Part shown: in pieces, positions 57,706 to 64,000 of the stretch | Position numbering within the stretch: the first letter of the stretch is position 1 | Layout of the letters: each line of letters opens with the position of its first letter | From: Nitrosopumilaceae archaeon | GTDB lineage: Archaea > Thermoproteota > Nitrososphaeria > Nitrososphaerales > Nitrosopumilaceae | Direction: 5' to 3' | NCBI GenBank assembly: GCA_030038445.1 | Contig: JASHOW010000025.1 | Coordinates: 1,281 to 65,280 of the forward strand | DNA: 64,000 nt | Position numbers and translations under genes: made by a program | The notes under the pieces: model-generated | Databases searched by the model: none | What the model was told of the DNA's origin: nothing | Seen by the model: only the letters and a program-made list of their open reading frames with translations

Positions 57706-58812
57706 ATGACGATGAGTGACTGGGATCTCATGATGCCTGGCATGGGACTGACCTCTATTGGTCTTGGAGGAGTCATTTTATCTTACCTTGGAATTGCCAA
57801 TACCTTCCTTACCGGGATGCAAGCTCTTTCAGGCTTGACCATGGTCATGGGCCTAGTGTTTCTTGCTGCTGGAATCTTAAACGGCGGAGTTTCAACTAGT
57901 GGAAGAGCCAAGGCAACAACTCTTGTCATCTTTGGCATTGCAGGCTCGGTGGCAGGATATGCACTTAGCCTAAATACAGTCATAACATCGTTGCCAAGAT
58001 TTATCGGACTTTTAATCATCATAATCATACCAACCATTGTTATAGCATTTGCTTCCATGAGGATGCCGAAATACTTCAAGCCAATAGCAGTAATATTCGT
58101 AGCAGCAATGGCGGTGGGCATAGGGTCTTACACTGCGTTTGGGTTTATGGGACCTGGTGCGCAGTTCTTTTTGAATGCACAACAGAACGGGACAAACTCT
58201 ACTAGTGCTTCCAACCAGACTTTGCCAACAGCTCCTGTGATACCAGTAGAGATTCCAGTAAATGCATCAATCAAAGGAAATCCAAACTTTACGCCAAACA
58301 CTGTCACCGTTCCAAAAGGTGATATCATAGAGTGGACAAATAATGACACAGTACCACACACTGTCACCAGTGCTCCTGATGGCTCTGTATTTGATTCAAG
58401 TCTGATTGCAGCAGGCAAGACATTTTCACTTGATACATCAAAACTAAATGCCACAGAATACGACTACATGTGTACAGTGCATCCATTTATGACAGGCAAG
58501 ATAGTGATAACACAACCAGTAATCTCAAACGTTACAATCTCAAAGGGGGCATCTACACAGAGTGCTGGACAGAAATACTTTGACCCAGCAAGCCTACCCG
58601 TAAAAGTTGGAACAACTGTCATATGGACAAATCAGGATGCTGCAGCACACACTGTTACAAGCGGTGATCCCACTGCTGGACCCTCTGGAACATTTGACTC
58701 TGGATTGATAAAACCTGGCAACACATTCAAGTATACGTTTTCAGATGCAGGCACAGTATCATACTTCTGCTCAGTTCATCCATGGATGACTGGAAAAGTA
58801 ATAGTAGGATGA
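57706..58812 (+). CDS. Membrane protein with two C-terminal cupredoxin domains
   Basis: Five TM helices and two copies of HTVTS...C..HP.M; start placed at MTMSDW. Confidence 0.85.
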   Translation: MTMSDWDLMMPGMGLTSIGLGGVILSYLGIANTFLTGMQALSGLTMVMGLVFLAAGILNGGVSTSGRAKATTLVIFGIAGSVAGYALSLNTVITSLPRFIGLLIIIIIPTIVIAFASMRMPKYFKPIAVIFVAAMAVGIGSYTAFGFMGPGAQFFLNAQQNGTNSTSASNQTLPTAPVIPVEIPVNASIKGNPNFTPNTVTVPKGDIIEWTNNDTVPHTVTSAPDGSVFDSSLIAAGKTFSLDTSKLNATEYDYMCTVHPFMTGKIVITQPVISNVTISKGASTQSAGQKYFDPASLPVKVGTTVIWTNQDAAAHTVTSGDPTAGPSGTFDSGLIKPGNTFKYTFSDAGTVSYFCSVHPWMTGKVIVG

Positions 58813-59222
58813 CATTACAAAAAAAGATAGTCTTTTCCAAAAATCACGTAGCGACACTAAAAAAGCACGCGATACAAAACAAACCAAACGAGTCTTGTGC
58901 CATATTGTTTGGAAACAATGACGACAGACAATTTTTGATAAAAGATATTTTTTTGACGAAAAACTCCAAACCGTCTCCAGTCAATTTCGCCATATCAAAC
59001 GAAGAACTCATACAGGCATATCAAGAGGCAGAGAAGAGAGGCTTGGAAGTAATAGCAATCTTTCATTCGCACCCTGACTCGGTGGCATATCCGTCTTCTA
59101 CCGACCTTCAATACATGCAGATAAACCCTGTGCCGTGGGTTATCTACTCAAATGCAAGCAATGAATTGATGGCCTATATTTTAGAATCAACGATAATACC
59201 GCTTGATGTGACAATCATTTAA
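58809..59222 (+). CDS. Mov34/MPN/JAMM metalloprotease
   Basis: PNESC and HSHP...YPS..D motif. Confidence 0.88.
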   Translation: MTLQKKIVFSKNHVATLKKHAIQNKPNESCAILFGNNDDRQFLIKDIFLTKNSKPSPVNFAISNEELIQAYQEAEKRGLEVIAIFHSHPDSVAYPSSTDLQYMQINPVPWVIYSNASNELMAYILESTIIPLDVTII

Positions 59223-59226
59223 GCGC

Positions 59227-59376
59227 CTATTGTTTGTGTATGTTCTTTTTATGGCGCTCAAAATGTTCCTTGTCTACAAAGGTTGCGCTGCAATCCTTAC
59301 ACTTGAATTCGGCTTTTTGGCCCCACAACAGAGAGGTAATACAACAAGTTACGTAAAAGGATTCTGTGTATGGCAT
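59227..59376 (-). CDS. Small C2H2 zinc-finger protein (true start possibly TTG near 59328)
   Basis: ...FKCKDCSATFVDKEHFERHKKNIHKQ*. Confidence 0.65.
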   Translation of the reverse strand: MPYTESFYVTCCITSLLWGQKAEFKCKDCSATFVDKEHFERHKKNIHKQ

Positions 59377-59403
59377 TGACCGTTTAATACATTAGTAAAG
59401 AGA

Positions 59404-59793
59404 TCATTTGAGTCTGAAGGTGGCCCTTGTTCCAGCGCGTATATTTTTGATAGACTTGTTGCCTGTATACGTTATCTTTCCTATCACATTTACAGGCGAG
59501 TATGGTCTTATCTCACCTTTTTTCCCTATTGGAGTAGGGCCAAAAAATAGACATATTGCATTTCCAGGAAGCCAGTAAGCTACATCCATTAGATCCACCA
59601 AAGGTTTGGAGTTTTCTTCACTTGCATCTATTGGAATCTTGTCTGTGTACAGTTCCTCGCCCCAAACATTTATTCCAATATCAATTGGGAGGCAATTTAG
59701 AAACGACTTGACTGTCTTTGGAGCAATTTCATCATCTAATTCTAGGACAATGTTCTTGATCTCTGGAAGATCGACTACGACTTTGTGTATCAC
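59404..59793 (-). CDS. Cyclophilin-like fold protein (DUF369)
   Basis: APKT, WGEELY, VAYW.PG.AICLFFG.TP. Confidence 0.85.
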   Translation of the reverse strand: MIHKVVVDLPEIKNIVLELDDEIAPKTVKSFLNCLPIDIGINVWGEELYTDKIPIDASEENSKPLVDLMDVAYWLPGNAICLFFGPTPIGKKGEIRPYSPVNVIGKITYTGNKSIKNIRAGTRATFRLK

Positions 59794-59846
59794 AATAAAA
59801 AGCAGTATGATTTAGAATAAATAGCCCTTTTCTGCCCATCAGAAAT

Positions 59847-60104
59847 ATGGAAATTCATGTATATGATACATACGTGGAGGCAAAGGACGGACATACAATG
59901 CATTTTGATGTCATTACAAGTGTAAAGGATCACCAAAAAGCAATCCAGTATGCAAAAGAATGGTTAAAGACCATTGGCGAAGGAGAATCAAAGGTAACAA
60001 CAGAAGAGTGCCAATTCTGTCACTCACAGGGTGCTCCGCCGCCAATTGCCAACGAGATCCAAAAAAAGGGATACTTTATCCAGAAGATGGAAGGCTGTCC
60101 GTAG
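59847..60104 (+). CDS. DUF2024-family protein
   Basis: VYDTYV..KDG.TMHFDV, C.FCH. Confidence 0.8.
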   Translation: MEIHVYDTYVEAKDGHTMHFDVITSVKDHQKAIQYAKEWLKTIGEGESKVTTEECQFCHSQGAPPPIANEIQKKGYFIQKMEGCP

Positions 60105-60161
60105 CGCTATCTTTTCAATTTTTTAACCTCTACTATTTTTGAAAACTCTTTATCTTGTCTT

Positions 60162-60374
60162 ATGTTATCTTGGTTTGTGGTAACCAACAGCAAATATAAC
60201 AAATTAACAGTGGAAGGCGAGATCCAGACCAAATGGATATGCGGCTGTTTTGAGACAGTAGACGGTTTCTTCAAGTTTTGCTCAGAGCACAGTGATGCCA
60301 TGAAGCGAACCATAGAAGCTCAGATAGATGAGCTTGACATGACCATAGTGGTAGACGACAAGGGCCACAGCTAG
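60162..60374 (+). CDS. Small Cys/His-containing hypothetical protein
   Basis: W.CGC...FC.EH motif. Confidence 0.5.
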   Translation: MLSWFVVTNSKYNKLTVEGEIQTKWICGCFETVDGFFKFCSEHSDAMKRTIEAQIDELDMTIVVDDKGHS

Positions 60375-62467
60375 AGTATCAGTATTGCAACAAATGCTGA
60401 CACAAATACTATGGCTACAGTATTTAGCAACTTTATGACTGTATTGAGGGCAGGACCTGCAGTGTCTTTGTATGGGTCCCCTATCACGTCTCCTACAATG
60501 GCAATCTTGTGTTCTTCTGTGCCCTTCTTTCCCTTTATCTCCATGTACTTTTTTGCATTATCCCATGCACCTCCAGTATTTGCAAGGTGGAAGGCAAGGA
60601 AAATTCCGGTGATGACTGCACCCATTAGTAGTCCTACTACGGCTGGAGGCCCAATTATCACGCCCAGAACAATAGGAGCTGCAATAGTAATGGCAGCAGA
60701 CTTCCACAGTTCCCGCAACGATGCCACAGTTGCAACATCGACACATTTGGCATAGTCTGGCTTGGTCTTGTAGGTCAAAATATCTGGCGATTCCTTGAAC
60801 TGCCTTCTTATCTCCTCGACCATCTTTGATGCTGCCCTTGCTACTGCGGCTATCAGTTGATTTGTAATGAAAAATGGCAACAGTCCGCCAACCAATAGTC
60901 CTATCACCACCGCTGGATTTGATAGGCTGTAGTTTAGCGCATAATGAACCGTGCTTGTTGGGTCATGTCTTATTATTTTATTGCCAACAAAATCAAATAT
61001 CTTTCCTGCTTCATACTGGAACGCTTGGATCATTGCTAATGCCGCAAGTCCTGCACTGGCAATTGCAAACCCCTTGGTAACAGCTTTTGTGGTGTTTCCT
61101 ACTGCATCAATCTCATCAGTAACCTTGCGGTTCTCCTCTCCCATTCCTGTCATCTCCACAATTCCTCCCGCGTTGTCACTAATTGGACCAAACGCGTCTA
61201 TACTCAATACAATGCCAGCCAAGCTAAGCATTGCCATCGCAGTAAGCGATGTACCAAAGACGCCGTACAAGACTATCTGCGACTGGTCAGCCTGCATTCC
61301 TTGTGCCGCAGATGATACAATCACATATGAGATGGCAAGTGAGACTACGATTGCAATCATGAAAGGCCCAGTGGAGCGCATACCTTGTATTATTCCCATC
61401 AGTGTAAGTGACGCATATCCCCACTTGGCAGAGCCCTCTATTTCTTGCACAGGTTTGAACCGGTAGCTTGTAAAGTAGTCAGTTATCCTCTGTATCACAG
61501 GTACCAGAATAACTCCGACAACCGTACTGCCAAACATTGCGTACGATAATGCGGAATGATCAAGAAATACATACGTAAAGACAAAATTAAGTATAATGGC
61601 AATTGCTGCAGAGACATAAAATGCCCGTGCCAATGGCTTGTTGACATCGTCTATTTTTCTTGGGCCTATCGTGGCAATTCCTATAATTGATGCAATCAGC
61701 CCTGACGCACCGATAAACATTGGATACAAGAGGTTTTGCCCGCTTCCAATTAGTGCGGCAAGCAACAGAGAGGCAAGCATTGTAACAATGTATGATTCAT
61801 AGATATCAGAACCCATACCGGCCGCATCTCCTACATTGTCACCAACATTGTCTGCAATTGTGGCCGGATTTCTCGGGTCATCCTCTGGTATGTTTGCCTC
61901 AACCTTTCCTACAAGATCTGCGCCCATATCAGCTGCCTTTGTGAATATTCCTCCCCCTACCCTGATGAAAAGTGCAATCAGGCTTGCACCAATTCCCACA
62001 CCGGCTATAGTTATTGGGCTTCGAAAGAAAAAATACAACAAAGTAATTGCAAGCAGAGCCATTGCTGGAACCACCAAACCTACTGTGGCACCGCCGCGAA
62101 ATGCAAGCGCAAAGGTGTGCCCAAGTCCTTGTCCTGACGAGTTTGCTGCCCTGACTGCTGCCTTGACTGTAATCTTGAGCGCTATGATACCAGCTACTGC
62201 AGAGAGGCTTGCTCCGACTGCAAAGGCAATGCCGTTTGAGGCTCCAATTGCCACGCCAATTATTACTGCAATCCCTATGGCAATTGGAACAACTATCTTA
62301 AATTCACGCTTGAGAAATGCCATTGCACCCTCCTTGACGGCATCTGAGATCTCAAGCATCTGCTGGGTTCCAGGTTTTTGTTTTGAGACCCAGCTTGCAA
62401 GCACCGCAGCAACTACAAAGGAGATAACAGAGGCGCCAATAGGTACGGCAACCTCTTTTAACGTCAT
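60371..62467 (-). CDS. hppA: Membrane H+-translocating pyrophosphatase, K+-independent type
   Basis: D.GADLVGKVE, EDDPRN, DNVGDNVGD; GNTTKA carries the Lys that marks K+ independence. Confidence 0.95.
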   Translation of the reverse strand: MTLKEVAVPIGASVISFVVAAVLASWVSKQKPGTQQMLEISDAVKEGAMAFLKREFKIVVPIAIGIAVIIGVAIGASNGIAFAVGASLSAVAGIIALKITVKAAVRAANSSGQGLGHTFALAFRGGATVGLVVPAMALLAITLLYFFFRSPITIAGVGIGASLIALFIRVGGGIFTKAADMGADLVGKVEANIPEDDPRNPATIADNVGDNVGDAAGMGSDIYESYIVTMLASLLLAALIGSGQNLLYPMFIGASGLIASIIGIATIGPRKIDDVNKPLARAFYVSAAIAIILNFVFTYVFLDHSALSYAMFGSTVVGVILVPVIQRITDYFTSYRFKPVQEIEGSAKWGYASLTLMGIIQGMRSTGPFMIAIVVSLAISYVIVSSAAQGMQADQSQIVLYGVFGTSLTAMAMLSLAGIVLSIDAFGPISDNAGGIVEMTGMGEENRKVTDEIDAVGNTTKAVTKGFAIASAGLAALAMIQAFQYEAGKIFDFVGNKIIRHDPTSTVHYALNYSLSNPAVVIGLLVGGLLPFFITNQLIAAVARAASKMVEEIRRQFKESPDILTYKTKPDYAKCVDVATVASLRELWKSAAITIAAPIVLGVIIGPPAVVGLLMGAVITGIFLAFHLANTGGAWDNAKKYMEIKGKKGTEEHKIAIVGDVIGDPYKDTAGPALNTVIKLLNTVAIVFVSAFVAILIL

Positions 62468-62553
62468 CCAAAAGTTAGAGTTTAGATGAGGTATTTATGT
62501 AAATTTATCCTGTTTTTTTTATATAATGTTATAATGTACTATCTAAAACAGGT

Positions 62554-62931
62554 TTAGGTTAAATTTTTTGCCCTTTTCCTGTATGGTTTGAAATTTTTTC
62601 CTGCCAGTCCCTGCCGTACAAGCCTGTTAAAGCGCTTCCCATGGCTCAGGTACGGAAATCTCATGTGTACCAGTTCATGCACTATAGTATTTTCCAAAGT
62701 CTTGTCATCAGGTATCTTTCTGATGTTGATAAATACCAAATTGTGCTGCATGTATGATACGCCCAGATACTTGTAGGCCGATGTCCTTCTTCCTTGTGTT
62801 ATCGCCTTTGGCATCTCAAGAACCTCCTTTGTAGTCAACAGCACCTTTGGCTCTTGTATCCCAAACCGGCAAGAATAGATCCCAACTTTTTCCAGTATCC
62901 CAAGCCTCAGATCCGAATCTACCCTCATCAT
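62554..62931 (-). CDS. HExxH metallopeptidase-like hypothetical protein
   Basis: VHELVH......H...F. Confidence 0.65.
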   Translation of the reverse strand: MMRVDSDLRLGILEKVGIYSCRFGIQEPKVLLTTKEVLEMPKAITQGRRTSAYKYLGVSYMQHNLVFINIRKIPDDKTLENTIVHELVHMRFPYLSHGKRFNRLVRQGLAGKNFKPYRKRAKNLT

Positions 62932-63281
62932 TTTAGAGATATTATCAACTCGGTTTAATTGGAATTGTCAAATATCGTGCCAAGGTTTGTGGATTTTTAC
63001 AGCATTACCAAAAAAGTAGTTATACAGGGTCAGAAATTATGTAGCTTCATCACAGATCATACAGCCACCGTATCATCATACCCTAAGATAATACAACTTT
63101 TTTACGCCATAAAAACAATCTCTGTGTACCCCACAACGAGATCTGCAAATATTGACACCCCATGACAATGCCTTTATCAGCATGTGTGCATGTTGGCAGA
63201 TCGAACATATTGCAAGAAATTGCAATAGATGCAGATCCATAGATAACATTAAAGTTTAGATGCAAGCCCATTAGAGCATAG

Positions 63282-63860
63282 TTGTTGAAGTCTTTTGTGT
63301 TGTATCTTGTGGCATCCATATTGATAATCATCTCATTGACTACGCTGACGCCAATATCTTTTGTGCATGCACAGATTCAAAACAGCACGGCTCAGAACAT
63401 GACACAAAATGGCGTGATGATGCAGTTTGACTATTCGCCTTCCAGTCCCATAATCAACAACTATACACGCCTGTCCTTTAACGTGATAAACATGACAACA
63501 GGCAAGCCAGTTCAGAACTACGTAGGCTCAGTTACAATAGGCAATGTTGTTGGGTTTACCGGCGGAAGTGGCTACTATAACTTTAGCAAGATAACTGTGC
63601 CAAATGGAAACTTTACCGTAAGTTACGCATTTCCAAACGATGGACTCTTTCCTATATTTTTCCGTGCAGATTATCCAACGTCAGCATATGGACCTGGAAG
63701 TCCAATTGCAATAGGAGAGTTCAAGGTCATCGTACCTGCCCCAAGCGTTTTTCCAAGTGACTCCAATACCATCATCTATATCGGAGTGGGAATAGCCGCA
63801 GTTGGTGGGGGAGTAGCAGTAGTGCTCATGCAAAAGAAAAAAGCCGGCACCACCCAGTGA
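63282..63860 (+). CDS. Secreted, membrane-anchored hypothetical protein
   Basis: Signal peptide, C-terminal TM helix and basic tail. Confidence 0.65.
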   Translation: MLKSFVLYLVASILIIISLTTLTPISFVHAQIQNSTAQNMTQNGVMMQFDYSPSSPIINNYTRLSFNVINMTTGKPVQNYVGSVTIGNVVGFTGGSGYYNFSKITVPNGNFTVSYAFPNDGLFPIFFRADYPTSAYGPGSPIAIGEFKVIVPAPSVFPSDSNTIIYIGVGIAAVGGGVAVVLMQKKKAGTTQ

Positions 63861-64000
63861 TGATAATTCATCTTTGAAAAATTTTAATCATATCATCATG
63901 TCCATTATTTTTTTTACACTTTGTCGTGCCTTGTCATTTACTGTTACTATGACCAAGCCCTCATTTGGTTGTCCATACATGACGACAGAGTTTTCTGGAG

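Noticed and set aside
60371-62467. H+-PPase as a member of the fluoride regulon
   Set aside because: No riboswitch nearby, about 13 kb outside the island, and in a housekeeping context.
85-63331. Many antisense or overlapping ORFs in the track (e.g. 24192-24863, 55717-56397, 61836-62489)
   Set aside because: They are shadows of well-supported genes on the other strand or frame and carry no motifs.

Overview
Archaeal window whose gene content points to Nitrososphaerota (Thaumarchaeota), plausibly an acidophilic Nitrosotalea-like lineage; the taxonomy is inferred from thaumarchaeosortase, several TFBs, cupredoxins and WVKNxAxWW-repeat proteins. The flanks (1-22.5 kb and 47.4-64 kb) are mostly housekeeping genes: PiT/DUF47, dppD/F, smc, ino1, dys, dinB, artG, nreA, pth2, EF-1beta, cdc48, cyoE and hppA. 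The middle (~22.5-47.4 kb) is an accessory region with eight minus-strand copies of a fluoride (crcB-class) riboswitch aptamer. Each copy sits just downstream of a TATA-like box and is followed by a sequence able to form a competing hairpin over an SD-like GGUAG/GGUGG and a start codon (strong in six copies, weak in two). Five copies first drive a short leader ORF that abuts or overlaps the real cargo gene. Cargo and neighbours include the Fluc/CrcB channel, two DUF190 proteins, an isolated enolase, a HAD phosphatase, a Usp, an MFS transporter, a TFB paralog, HTH and AsnC-type regulators, a TIR-domain protein, a ferredoxin and a six-gene Ni-less hydrogenase-related (Ehr/Hyf-like) membrane complex. 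The best candidate for a new system is a multi-riboswitch archaeal fluoride-stress regulon island with apparent translational control. No tRNA, rRNA, CRISPR array or transposase was seen.
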